Origin: Catajapyx aquilonaris
Taxonomy: Eukaryota
Length of the DNA: 37,397 nt
Direction of reading: 5' to 3'
Assembly: GCA_000934665.2 (NCBI GenBank)
Contig: JYFJ02003861.1
Span: 1 to 37,397 of the forward strand
Position 1 is the stretch's first letter. The number at the start of each line of letters is the position of its first letter. A program made the translations under genes and the position numbers. Below, one piece after another: positions 11,716 through 25,000 of this stretch. Under the pieces are notes generated by a model. The model was not told the origin of the DNA and ran no database searches. It was given only the letters and a program-made list of their open reading frames with translations.

Positions 11716-12276
11716 TCTCAGACCGGCGAACAGAAGCACGAAGGACGAAGCACGCCGTCAGACTAGCGCCATGTTGGATGGCAGGGGCAGGGTTGCCAGG
11801 CTCAGGGGCGCGTATCCTGCACAGCTATCAGGGAAAAATAGCTAATACAGCTGTTGCGCCCAGACAGCTCCTCGTTCTAGAAGCGAAAGCGCAGCTGCTC
11901 TCGTGCTATCATGCGCAAAATAACTGACAAGAAAATGCGGCCTTTTCAAATCACAATGGGCCGCGTAAACAGCACTTTAATTGGTACTTCATGTCATCTG
12001 ATATGTTATGCGCATTGTCGTAAATCAAGGTGCTAGTCATTTGGCATGAAACAAGCAACCCCATGTTCAGTGACATTTCCACTGAAGTTTGTTATTGAAC
12101 GCAGGCCATTCAGGAAACTGTATTACACACAACCAACGCAGTATTCAGTTGCTGGGAATCACAATTTCCCATGACAATTAAACAGTATTGTTTACAGGAG
12201 AAGCTCCTAGGATACACCATAACACCTGGAACACTGCTTGTTCATCACGCCTTCCAACTCTCCTGGCTGCACCAAG
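11716..12276. promoter_or_regulatory. Putative bidirectional promoter/5'UTR region between EXOSC5 and RSPH4/6
   Basis: Only 561 bp separate the two divergent ATGs. CpG-rich from ~11500 to 11970 against CpG-poor gene bodies. YY1-like CGCCATGTTG at 11767-11776. Probable RSPH 5'UTR acceptor TTTACAG|G at 12197. Confidence 0.6.
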
Positions 12277-14244
12277 ATGGATTACGACCGGGCCAAGGAG
12301 TTATTATACCGACCCAGTCCACTGACTGGTGTCAACCTGTAAGGGAATCATCATGCTTTACATATCAGCTGCTACCAAGAACTAATGCATTGTCCACTTG
12401 CAGTTATGACCATCTGTCCCAGGTTGTCAAGCTCATAATAGAGGAGCAGGCACCAGACAACTTGGACACTTTTGAGGAGCTGAGTCGCCGTGTGAAGGAG
12501 ACTCGCATTCTAGACACAGAGGTGCACCTGACCGAGGAGTATGTCCCCAGTGCCCAGGTCGAGGGTGCAAAGAAGCTGCGCAGCCTGTTTGGCAAAGGGG
12601 AGGATGCGGATCTTGTTGCTGATGAGGAGGGAGGGGGCGCAGCCGGTGGGTTAGGAGCAGCGGCATCATCTGTTGGGGATGATGAAGAGGGTGGCCCACC
12701 TTTCCCTAACATCATGGAGCTGCTGTTCAACCTGGAGCAGTGTGGCGTTGGGCTCCCAAGGGATGAGATGTTTGCCATCAACCTGGCTCTCAAGAACCTG
12801 GTCGAAAGCACTCAGATTACTGGGCTTAGGTTCTGGGGTAAAATCTTTGGGTTTAGGAAGAACTACATTGTGGCTGAAGCCGAACTCATGGAGGTAGAGG
12901 AGGAGGAGGAGGAAGAGGTAATGCTCAATACTCTAGAAGTAACAGCATCCTACAGCACTGACCTGGGTTGATTCTTTCCAGGAGGAAGCTGCAGAGGAAG
13001 CTCTCCCTGCTGAAGAGGAGGAGGAGGAAGACATCAACCCGATGGACCGCCTGCCTGTGTCAGTCTACAAAGCTCCACCCAAGATACCTCCAGAACCCCC
13101 TGGCACAGGTGTCAACAAGAAAGTGTTCTTCGTGTGCAACGAACCTGGTGATCCCTGGATTAAACTTCCCCATGTTACGCCTGAACAGATATCTGTCTCT
13201 CGCAAGGTCAAGAAATACTTCACAGGTAACCTAAACGAAGAGCTCCACACCTACCCTCCATATCCAGGAAATGAGGCGAACTACCTCCGTGCTCAGATAG
13301 CACGAATATCTGCCGGGACGCAGATATCACCAGTGAGTTGTCACTGCAAGTGTATATCATACTTACAAGCACTGATCATGTAATTTTCTTCGTTCAACAA
13401 GACTGGCTTCTACACATTTGGTGAGGATGTGGAAGAAGAGGAAGAGGACCTGGCAGGTGGTGGTGGGCCAACTAACTATGTGGCCAACGCTGAATACGAA
13501 CCAATCCCTTTGATTGACCTAGTGGATACATCTATGACCAACTGGGTGCACCACACACAGCACATTCTGACCCAGGGCAGAACTCGCTGGTGGGATGCAA
13601 GGAAGAAGGGTGCCGATGATGAGGATGAGGCAGAGGAAGATGACGAGGATGCTCCAAAGGAGGATGAGGAGGAGGAAGTGATACCAGAGACCGGCCCACC
13701 ACTGCTCAGCCCTCTCTCAGAAGACACCCCGTTTGACAAGACCCAGCCATGGTCCGTCTCCACTACCAGCTCCATCATTAAGGAATATGCCATGGCCATT
13801 GTCAAGTCCAATCTGTGGCCTGGTGCGGTCACCTATTGCAGGGGAAAGTGAGTAACTCAGCTGTGAGAATAGCGGCACCTATACACTGACCTATGCTAAA
13901 ACTTGCCAAATACATCTCTGCACTTGCTGTTAGAACTCAATTTGCAATTTCATGTCAGTGTTCTAATTTCCAAAATGCAATTTACATGCTGCCTTTCCAA
14001 TTTGTGTAGGAATTTTGAGAACATCTACATTGGCTGGGGCCACAAGTACAACCAGAAATGCTACCAGCCAGTGCTTCCAGACTGCCCTGCTATGGAGTAC
14101 CCTTCGGACACGTATGAGTTGCAAGAGATGGATGACCCCACTCCTGAAGAGGAGGAGGAGTTCAGGAGGGCCAAGGAGGTGGAGGAGGAAGAAGATGAAG
14201 AGGAGGATGAGGAAGTGGAAGAGGAGGATGAGGAAGATGATTAA
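12277..14244 (+). CDS. RSPH4A: Radial spoke head protein 4/6 homolog (RSPH4A/RSPH6A family), 5 coding exons, 535 aa
   Basis: Exons 12277-12338, 12404-12917, 12982-13332, 13402-13847 and 14010-14244 total 1608 nt; an in-frame upstream TAA at 12220 fixes the ATG. Family motifs: AK..L.....[116 protein letters not shown], plus an acidic tail. Confidence 0.95.
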
Positions 14245-14396
14245 TTTTTGAAATATTTTCTATGGAATATCGAGGCCAAAGGGGCAGGGAGGGAGATGAA
14301 GCAGGATACGTGAACAAGACTTATCATTAGTAAACCAAGAAAGGTCAACAAAAGAGTTTATCCTGTTCACCTGTCCTCAGCTGCAAGTTTTGGACA

Positions 14397-14402
14397 AATA
14401 AA
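14397..14402 (+). promoter_or_regulatory. Polyadenylation signal of the RSPH4/6 gene
   Basis: AATAAA about 150 nt downstream of the TAA at 14244. Confidence 0.55.
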
Positions 14403-16006
14403 GTATTTCACAAAGCAGACCTTACGGTGTCGATATGCCAGTCAGAGTATGATAACCTTAAAAATATTGGTTGATCCAACATCCTTCATTTCAATCATAT
14501 GTGCTCGATTTTAATTACAAGAACCTCAATAAACTTTCAACCTCTTTATTCTTGTTAATACAATATCTGGATGTAGGGGTAATAATATTCAATCAATGTG
14601 GGAGTCAATAATTATACACTGATAGTGGATGGCATATAGTAAGATTAAATCAGGTTAAAATTCCCAAACTGTATAAATTCTGCATAACGAGCCACAAAAA
14701 AAAATGCAAGTACTTTAAGGATGCACGGCACTTATGGTACATTTATTACAAGTAACACTAGTCCATTTACCAAGTGTTATAACAGTTCCATAATAGTTAT
14801 TGGCCTCCGCAATAAATCAAATTCAGGAGGGAAGTTGAAAATAAGTCTACTATGAAAATACACATTATTTTTTTGTATCATGTACAAGTTCAGGCAAGAA
14901 CACACGTATCGTTTGTAAGTAGTACAGCAGCCAAGAAAGACTATTTCAATTGTGATGGCAAGATTCGATTCAGAGGTTTGAGCAACAATAAACATGCTCT
15001 GAGGTAAGTCGTGCGGAAGCAGCTTTTTTAAAATGCCGTCAACATGCGAATGGAATGGATCACACTTTGTCAGGAACTGCGATTGTTTAAATAACAGAGA
15101 ACATAAAATTTGCTCTTGTTAAGCCACACTTTTAAGTCTTCCTTGTTGCGTGCACAATTAAATTGCTTCAATTGTCCTCAAGGCCACACAAAACTCTATT
15201 CTACTGCCTTGTGTCATATAAGTGATTAATCCTTTTTAGTCATTTTAGGATCGCAAAAAAGCAGGGGTAATCGAGTGAGGTGTACAATTTCTGGATAATA
15301 TGGCAGTGATAAGCACATCGAGGAAAGTGCATCTGGCATCTCTTGCATTCCAGGCGCACAATCTCACGTTTTGCTAAGATGGTACTTGTGCTTGCTGTAA
15401 CTTGCACAATACCCAGCAGCTATGGAAGATAATCATTGGCAAACAACAAACATTTGGCTTGGAACTGCCTGCAGAATGCACGTTACATCCGACAAAAGAA
15501 ACCTGGCTAAATGAGTTGCTCTTCTTGTATTGTCTCACTCGATATGTGCTTTCATAGGCAGCTGTTCACTTCCAGAACTCCTTTAAACAATGCTGACCAA
15601 TGGTCAAAAGTCTTACACAAAAGTTAGCCCCAACCAATGTGGCCAAAATACTCGGCACAAGTTAAGGCAGTCAAACTTTAAGGCCACTATCAAATTGGCA
15701 GGCATGTTTTCTTTCCAGGCCTGGCCTTATTACAGTACTCATTGCAATTTATTGGATGTTATCACATTTCCAGTCGCTCTTGTAACAAAGGTGCCCATTG
15801 AGTGCTTTTCGATCAATCTCTTCCACTTTATCACGCTAGGACACGTCAAAAATTCAAAATAATAATAACTATCTAATCATAATAAAAGTGGGTATATCTA
15901 CATTATCCGGTGTGCCAATGCAACACATGTTGTGACACCAGGGAAAAATTGTGACATTGGAGGTTAAGCAAACGGAAGACAGAAGGAAGGGGGGAAAAAA
16001 ACCTGT

Positions 16007-19000
16007 TCAATGCCACCCTCCAGTGAGCTTGTGGAAAAGCTCCTCGTTTAGTGTCTGGCTTGCTTCCTTCGACCTCATAGATAGGAAGATGTATCCACCA
16101 ATAAACTCATGCACCACCTTACAATCAGCAGACAGGCAGCTGAAGATAACATTTCCCTCTTCAAATTGGACCATCATATGCTTCACTTCCCAGTTAATGT
16201 TCCACGCCTGGAACACAAAATGGGCAAGTTACACGTCAATAAATACTCTTAAACATCTGGAGCATAAATGTAGAAAAGAAACAGAAACCCAGACCTTCAT
16301 GGTGTTGTACCGCCAGGTCTTAATGTGGTCTCCAGTGTGCATGTCCATACGCATGATGCGATTGAAGGCCACTCCCAGTAGTTCCTCCTTCTTGTGTCCC
16401 ATAAACTTGACAACAAAGAGGGTGATCCCGTACTCAGGTAGTGTCTGCCATGCCTTGATGTAGTTCATCTTGGCTTCTATCAGGTTGCAGTCCTTCACAT
16501 TTGCATGAGCTTCCAGGATGCGTTGGACCACCTGTGAAGTGAGGTTGTGATAAAATGACGCCACAATCATTCCTATGCATGCAGTGTCGTAAAAGCTGAC
16601 CTTCTCCCATACAAATAGTATTCTACAAAACTACAGCCATTGATGTGCAAATATAGTGCTTGTGCTTGTGGCTAAATGCTGCTGGTGAATGGAAACCAGC
16701 AAATCAGGTTCAGTAAACTCTATTCATAAACTCCTAACTCGGCAACTATCTGTTTAAGGCTGGAGAGGTGTGGTAACTATCCCACAGTATAATTTCTTGC
16801 TTCTTGTAGCATTTTACATACACACTAATGGCAGACACCCATTGGGATGGTTACTTCCACTGTCTCACAATGTGCAGCAACACGTTCATCCTCACCCTTC
16901 TTGTACTGACATGAGATGAGCTCTTGCAAGTGCAACAACATTTTAAAGTTTCAGGATGAACAGCATTGCTGTCATTTGATTTATAGAAACCTCACATATA
17001 GCTAAATGTGAATAAGAATGTTCTCTTTTGCCAGTTTCCACTCAGGCTTTGTGTAAACTACAGTATTTCACTTGAACACTACATTGGCATTGCGCCATAA
17101 CCTAATGGCAGGTGAAAGAAGGCAATTTGGCAGTCACACCGCATGGCATCCTTTCCATTTGTACCCTTCAACCTACAGGGCAAGACACCCAACAATTCAG
17201 TCCGATGTTGCAAAGCATACCAACAGGAAAACATTAATTTGTTGGCCCAAATTAATGTGCAGAAAAATTAAGATTACAGAAACGTGACTCAAAGTCCAAG
17301 ACTCTGAAGATCTGAATGTGCCAACATAAGGCAGTGTTGGTAGGCCACACCTCTTATCATACAGCTTTGTTTGAAATATATGCTACAATGAAAAGCTACT
17401 GAAAAAAGCTGTGCAAATTGATGCTCTGTAATTGAATATTCATATTTTTGATATGTGTGTAGGCCTGTCATTAGTTAGCTCCCATACAATCATATCAGTT
17501 AAAATATCGTTAAGACACTAATTTTCACTTGACAGTCTGATGTCATGTTCAAGTTTTGGTGGAATCATATATACCAATGACGAGCCCATTAAATACGGCT
17601 TCTGATGATGTGTGTAACTCACTGCTACACTTAAAGGTGAACTGACAGGAGCAAGAAAAATTTAGTGTCACTGATATTTTTACAGGCACAAAAGTGAGCT
17701 AACTTATGAACCATGTGGTAAATAGTGATTCACAACTACAACATTTTTCAGCACAGGCAAATTTTGTCTCAGTCTACATCATCATCATCAGATTGAAGTT
17801 CATACACCTTCTTACAACCACCCATGCAACAAAGTGCAGATGTGCACATATAAACACCCACTGGGTAAAAGACATTACCGCCCTGTTCTGAGCCTGGCAG
17901 CTACATCCGCCGAACTGCAACCAGTCAGAAAGAGTTAGCAAACTGCCACAATTATGAGTTAGTGTGAAAGAGACTTGCAGCAACAATATGTTACTTGAGT
18001 TAATATTGCTTTCTTCATAGTCACAGTCACTGATGACCTTAACAGCAATAAGAATGATCTCAAAACTGACCTTGCCCCTTCCCTTTTTCAGGAACCTTGA
18101 TGCTACATAGTCCTCTGCTGAAATGTCGAGTGACTGTGGACTGATGACTGGCGCTGGCGCTGGGTGCTGCATTGACAGGAATGCCAGGATGGATCTCACC
18201 TCAGCCTCATAGGAGCTATCAGCAAGACTCTTCCCCTTTGCAGCAAGCCTACAAGCAGCCAGCCAGCGGGCGTACTGTTGCTCCGAGTCACACCTCACCC
18301 AGAGTTCGGTCATGCCTTCAGCACCAGGTACCTCCAAACGAATGCCATACTTGGCCTGAGCGAGGTTTACATCAGGGGTCACTTCACACCCCCGTAGGCT
18401 GTAGTGAGAGGATGCCTCTGCTCTCTGCTGCTCCTCTTCACGTGTCTTGTACAGGGTCAGGTGGAGGTCACGGCAAACCACCCAATACCGCTTGAAGCTC
18501 TTGAGAGTGAAGCGCTTGGGTCTGAAAACAATAATAGCTCTATAACACCTGTTTGCAGGAACTGTTGCATATTCTAAGCATTTTCAAAACCAACTCTGTA
18601 TTTCTGTACTTCCTACTAAAAATCTGAAACTTGAAATGTGCATTAAAATTCATTTACTTACTTCATGAATCGGAGGTAATCTCCCAGTTCTGGCACATGC
18701 ATAATGTCATTGGGTCCCGTGGACACATGTGACCCTTCAAGTGACACCTGGAGGTCTGTGAGAGCAGCATCAATGTCATCTTCTGGGACATTATCAGCAT
18801 CAGGCTGAGGAACATTTGCCTGGAGGTTCACCTGGAGCTAAAACGATATGATGAGAAAAGCATGTTACAAGATCCATATTTCCAAGGCTGAGTCCAAAAT
18901 AGTACCCTCCTTCAGGCTTACTTTCACAGAATGAATAAGAACTGATCTCAATTCCCCGCCGCTTGAGTCACCCTTGGCATTGGTGCAAATTAGGTCGTCT

Positions 19001-22000
19001 CCCAAGAGATGAGCAAAGGAAAGGTGGTGGGAGGGTTAGGCAAATGAGGTTCAACCGGTATACTCGTTGACAGTGGAGAATGACTACTTCTTGGACTCTC
19101 ACCCTTAGCTTTCCTTTTAAAATAGCATTTGTAGCAAAACACAAGCGTCACTGCTGCCAAGTCTGCACGCATGTATTCCAAACAGTGGCTTTCCCATTAC
19201 AACAGGTACTATTTTCGTACGTGTTCGTCAGGTGCAGAGTGACCAAATGTGACTGGAGCTAATGTAGCTTTCAACAGCAGCTTATTTAAATATATTGCAG
19301 ACTCTCTCTACCTGCTTCATGCAAAATTCAAAATGAAGTCTTTTACCACACTGAAAGGTGACCTGGCAAATGAAAATAAGGGCAGGTAGCCCAGATTTTT
19401 CTGCATGTAATGTCACTACTGAGAAGGCAAATGTAACCTTCAAATAGGAGAGGAATTTTCCCCAATGTGCATTATAATGTACCTGCCGTTACAGGAGGGT
19501 TAGGAGTTGGTGGCACATACTCTCTCATCAATGTAAACACAGTTCTTTTACCTGCAACGCTGCAAACATGAGCATCTCCTCTTCTGTGCAGTCAATCTCT
19601 TCATTGAGGAGCTGCCATTTGGCTTGCTCATAGATTTGGTTGATCCTCACAGCATCATACTTTGGATTAAGGTCATAAAAGCTGTAGAATTTGTACCGGA
19701 GTAGAAGTGTGTCAAATTCCTGTACTCCTTGTTCCATGATAGACAATGAGGAGTCCAACCATCTAAAAGTGAAAATAATTAGTATACACTCCCACTGGTG
19801 TTAGCTATGCCATGCCCTGCTAGCTCTGTACATTGATACTTACGCTACATTCATCCTAGCCCTTTCAATTTGAGTCCTCGGCCGCACCATCCTCGCTTTG
19901 GCTTCATCGCTGGGTTGTGTGGGTGACTGCGCCAGGGATATGTCAGAGCCGTTCATGCTGTCATAAGACAAAATTGTGCTATTGGGTGTGTAAGATCCAT
20001 TCAGCCCAGGATGTGGCGATTGATTCTTCTTCCATGTTCCACTCTGCTGCAAGTACAGAAGAACAGCTTTATGTTCACCATCTTTGTAATGTTACGGATA
20101 TTGGAGTGTTAAGGTGCCATTAGCTAAATAACCCGCCACACAGTCACGTTCAGATGCCACCATTATTAACTCATATTTGTACAACAGCGCAGAGTTCCCA
20201 AAATGAATGCAACTTGATTAAACAACTGCAAATTTAATACCTACAAGTACAAAAAAAAAGTCAGCACATGTTTTACCCTTGGGTCATTATCATCTCTCAA
20301 AAACTAATTTTGTAATTTTTAAAATTCTCCTGTAACAGCATATCTTAGCAACTAATGAAAGAGGCTCCATTAAAATTGGTCCTCTAGAGAGGGAACTAAA
20401 AATTACCTTCGCAGGGCAGTTTTTGTGGTTTACTTGAGCAGGATGTTGATAGCATGCGTATGATAATGTGCCCATTTGCAGCTAGCGGGCTGATTGCAAA
20501 GGCATTACAAAAAAAAACACCTTTTATAACACTATAAAAAGGTTCCCAAGTTTTTCTCTACCTGCCACAAAGGGTTACCACTGTAAACAGCCTTTTTTTC
20601 CCCTTTTTTACAAACATGCTACACACAAGCTGCCTTGATAACTCCGCCACTCCTTTTTATAAATCTTTTTATTGTCAGTGAAAAATGGTGGCTCAGATAT
20701 CCTGAACACTTACTATGCCAGTTGGAGATGGAGAGCTGATTGGAGTGCTGGTGTTGTTGTGATTGGACTTGCTCTTCACTGGAGCACATCCTGTGGAGGT
20801 ATGGTTTTCGCCACCAGATGAGTCTCTGGTAGAATTGTTTGAATGGGTGGAAATAAATGTATTGGTGTCTGCTGGTGTGTTCGGAGGTTTTCCTCCATTT
20901 CGTTTTCTTCCTGGAACCTCCTGGTAGTTGTACCTTAAGTCTTCATTCAGAAGTGGTTTGCACAGAGATAATTCTTCTGGATGTCTGACACCTGATGATA
21001 GAAAATTTTAAATGTTTCAAATAAATCTGAACTTCTGCAAAAATAGTTCCTAATGATATTTCCAGATAATTTTAAATAATAATAATTGGGATAGTGCACC
21101 GCCCATTTAATAGGCATCTGGCACGGTACCTTTATTTGCTTTTTAGGTATACAAGCTTTGTTGGTCCTTTTCCGTAACGCCCGGGTACCGCGAGCGAGGG
21201 AAGGGTGACTGGGAGGGGATGTGCAATGTGCAGTGCAATGTCATTGCTGCGGTCATTTTGTGAACTCCCCCGGGTGATTAGTCGCAAAGAATCCCACCCG
21301 AGACGAAGCCAGAGATTACCACGAACTCTGCACGAGATAAAGGGGAGAATGCCCAGGGTTGGTATCGAACCCGGGACCCTTACATCCGTGGGCATACGTT
21401 ACCGCAGCGTCACTCCACCTCCCCATGATATTTCCATATACATAATATAAAAGTTTCCATTGCAGGACATTCTCATATGGTGTGCAAACAGTGCCAGATT
21501 ATACACCCTGTAAGTACTACATAAATTACCATATTACTGCTCATTTTGTGGCATGCTGGTATGAAACGAGGTCAAGCAGGGGGCTGTTATACCCATGACT
21601 CCGCTGATATAAAGTAGAGAAATTTATGATTTCCTCCTTCCCTTCAAAATTATCACAAACAAATTAATAAGTGACAGTCTGCATCAAGAGGTTCATTATC
21701 CCACAGTTGGATTACCCCTGATTTTCCTGGCATGCTGCAAAATGTATGGTAATCTGGTACTTGCTAGTCAAGTTTGTCACAATGAAATTAAGTATAATCA
21801 TCATTTTTATGAACTTTTTTCACGAGAAATGGGTTTGTTTTCATGGTGCTGCAAACATGGCAAGTGCATATTATCACTTACTTGAGTACCCCTTCCTTCC
21901 CCTAGTTTGACCTTCATGTTGATACACATGGGGATATATTCTACATAATACCAATTCTTCCATCCTAACAATGAGAAGCAGAGACATAAATCAAATAGCT

Positions 22001-25000
22001 GATTATATCTTTCACTGACTCAAGAAAGCATATCACAGGAAAAGGACAATGATGCAGCACTGCAAGAACTCAAGCTATTAATAATAAACACGTTTCTGAT
22101 AGCATTCCCCAACTGTACTCAACAACATGCTGCATTGCGCATGTGTATATGAGCACACACTCACCAGGGCAGTTTAATTATAGCAAAGCACTTGGAGCAC
22201 CCATTGAAAATCCCCTGTGAAGAGAACTTGCAATTGGGAGTTTATGCACGCATCCCTTTTTAAAGGGCAGAAAGTAGGTTGCTCATCCTGAGCTGACGCC
22301 CAGCAAGATGTGTATATAGTCCTAGCCCCCAAAGAAGGGTGGGAACAAATTACTGCTGGTGGTGGCAGTTACACCCCATAACCCTCTCTGCTCCAGGTCA
22401 TTCCTGATGTCTTTAGTAGAGCATCCTTCAGTACCTCCCAACTTCATGGAGCGACCTCAAATGCTTACCCAGATCTTTGCATAGATGCACCACTGCATTG
22501 AAGGTCTTGATGGAAAAGTCAACTCTGCAGTCCAAATAGCGCAAATCAGGCATTTGTACCCTCAAAGTCTTGTGCATTGGTGTGAATTCCAGGATCGCGT
22601 CGGCTTGAACCCCACATTGGTCCAGAGTCGACCGTGTCCTGGACAGCCATATGTTCTTCTTTCGCCACCACAGTGCATGGTCTGACCAATCCACGGCAAT
22701 GTCTGCAATAAATCATGCTACACATTAATGTACCATCTAACTACATTAATAAAAAACTTTACTGCACCCACAAGATCGTCGCCTACGTGCTCACTGTATC
22801 AATTGCATAATTGCTGCTTATTTTGACCGCCCATGCAATTGCATCACCACCATTTTATCAGAGGTGCTGTACGTAGGTGGCTCTCTATAGTTTAATCACC
22901 ACGAAGCAATGCTAATGAAGAGTCCTTGCCTGGCTCTGTGCCCTGGGGTCAGTGCAAACTTCCTATTCTTTACTCTGGACTTTAGCACACTTCTCTGTCA
23001 ACAGCATAACCCACCCTCCCCCTACCCCAAATTGTTGTCCATTTCGCCAAGGACCTTGAGTGCTTCGGTTATACTACCCACTTGAAGCCCCGGAATGCAG
23101 TAGGCTACTCTCGAAGAGAAAAATTATTCAACGATTCTTCCAGACACTGGATGACCTTCCCAACTATACCCCCCTCGCATGTCATCTTCCCATTTATTCT
23201 CATTTGTCCCCAGTTTTTTATATAACTCTGGCGTCGCATCTGGTCCGAATCATCATCGCAAATGTTCAAGCAGATTTTTCGCGATGCCAATCGACACAAT
23301 ATTCCTCCCACGGCCATGACACTGCGCACTTCTAGGATCCTCTCCAAAAGTGTCAATGTGGAGCAGACAGACCGGATTGGCCGGATGCAATATATGGTCC
23401 AGACTTGTTTCTTATTCTCTCTTTTTTTCGCCAGGTTCCCCGCCCCAAATTCGCAATAAATCTTGAAAGGAGCAATGCACTCGCACTTGCTACGTGGAAC
23501 TTCTGGTCTTAATTTTAACACATGTTATTAGCATCGCAAAAAATGTGCGCTAACATGTGCGCCCATTTATTTCTCCCTATCAAAAACGCGCGCTTCCTCT
23601 ATGATACCAGCTATGAAACCTATTCTTACCAGTTAGCACTAACGAAAGTACCCACAAGCAGACTATAGGTCGATGACTTTTACAACTTGGAAGGATATGC
23701 CGTTCTTTGTTGAGGCACTTTTTGGACATCCAGGTTCATCCAGAACCGGCTCTGACTATTACATGGTATGTGTCGCGGCAACAAAGATGTGAAAAAAACG
23801 CATCTATCATCAGACAATGCCTACAGGAAGGCCCATTATTCAACGGTCCAGCAACCCCCAAATGGAAATATGGGAAAGAAAAACTCTCTCAATCAAGCTA
23901 TGATTGGCTTCAAGCCCCGTTTTTCACCCCTCCTTGTGGTTTGTCTGTGCATAGAGGGGGCGGGGGTCCTTGACTTCAGCCTCCTATCTACCCTTGGCCT
24001 CATCCTAAGAGCCTCATTTGCGAGATCGCTACATGGCCTCTTGGGAGCCATCGAAACGGGCCAAGAACGGCACCAAGGGCAGGTGACAAATGAACCCGCC
24101 AAAAGACATGATCCATTGGACACCCAAATCTTTTCTTTCTCAATCGTCACTATTCAATTAGCAGTCGTTATAATGACTGTACATCATGGTATAGGTCAGC
24201 GTCCTCCTTATCTAATCACCTCTGCCCTCTTGGTCATCCTTGGGTACACAGGTATGCGTCTACAGGATATCAGCATTTGTTTACTCCGACCCAGTTTACA
24301 TTCTGAGCGTCGGGGGAGGGCCTCTTGGATCCATTCCATCAACAGCCAAGATGTGGAGAAACCAAAACAGCTCCCGGTTTGACCCCCACCTTTTCCCCCA
24401 TGCATCCCATCCCATCCATTCTACGCCCAAATATATTTTTTTAGCCCACCCTTCCTTCTGGGAATATCAGCGAAGAGGGCGTTTCAAACCAGCTCACTCG
24501 CTCATCTCGGCCAAAAATAATGGCCCGCCAGGTCCAAATTTAGTCCCGGGGTGGCTCCTCCTTCCTTCCCCATGGCGTGAGAGTTGAGAGCCAGCATGTG
24601 CCTGCCAGAAAGGCTCCCTTGGTACAAGAAGAGGCGGAAGGGGAAAGAGAGAGATGGACTTGGAGGATAATATGGGGAGAAGTTCATCAGGGTTTCTCCC
24701 CCTCCCCCCAGAGAATCAATGTTCCCCTTGGCTGCTTCTCAGGACCCATGCATTCGCTGCTAATCAGAACAAATAGCCACACCCATGGGCCAACTTGGCA
24801 GCCTTTTATCCGGGATGAGTGCGTGAGGGCGCCGAGGTCAGTCGCCCGTCGGGGTGGACGTTGTTTCTAGCAACCACAACGACCCAAACGGCAACGACGC
24901 CCAAGTGAACACCCAGTGGCCTACTTTCCCCATGCTATCACATCCTCGGTTCTCTAATATGCAGACGACATTTTTTGCATGGTTATCAATAAACCCGCAA

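Noticed and set aside
12171..12276. ORF-track start of RSPH at 12171
   Set aside because: That frame reads through intron 12339-12403; the homologous N-terminus starts at ATG 12277 in another frame.
12404..13832. Antisense Ser-rich ORFs over RSPH4/6, and plus-strand ORFs over kindlin and EXOSC5 exons
   Set aside because: Shadow ORFs of the real coding exons.
23290..23400. TQYSSHGH...KCQCG resembling an R1-type C-terminal zinc knuckle
   Set aside because: It lacks the His/Cys ligands and lies where the endonuclease of the plus-strand LINE relic is expected.
24100..24160. Minus-strand ERKDLGV resembling CR1/L2 RT
   Set aside because: An isolated motif; the plus strand gives a longer collinear LINE ORF2 interpretation.
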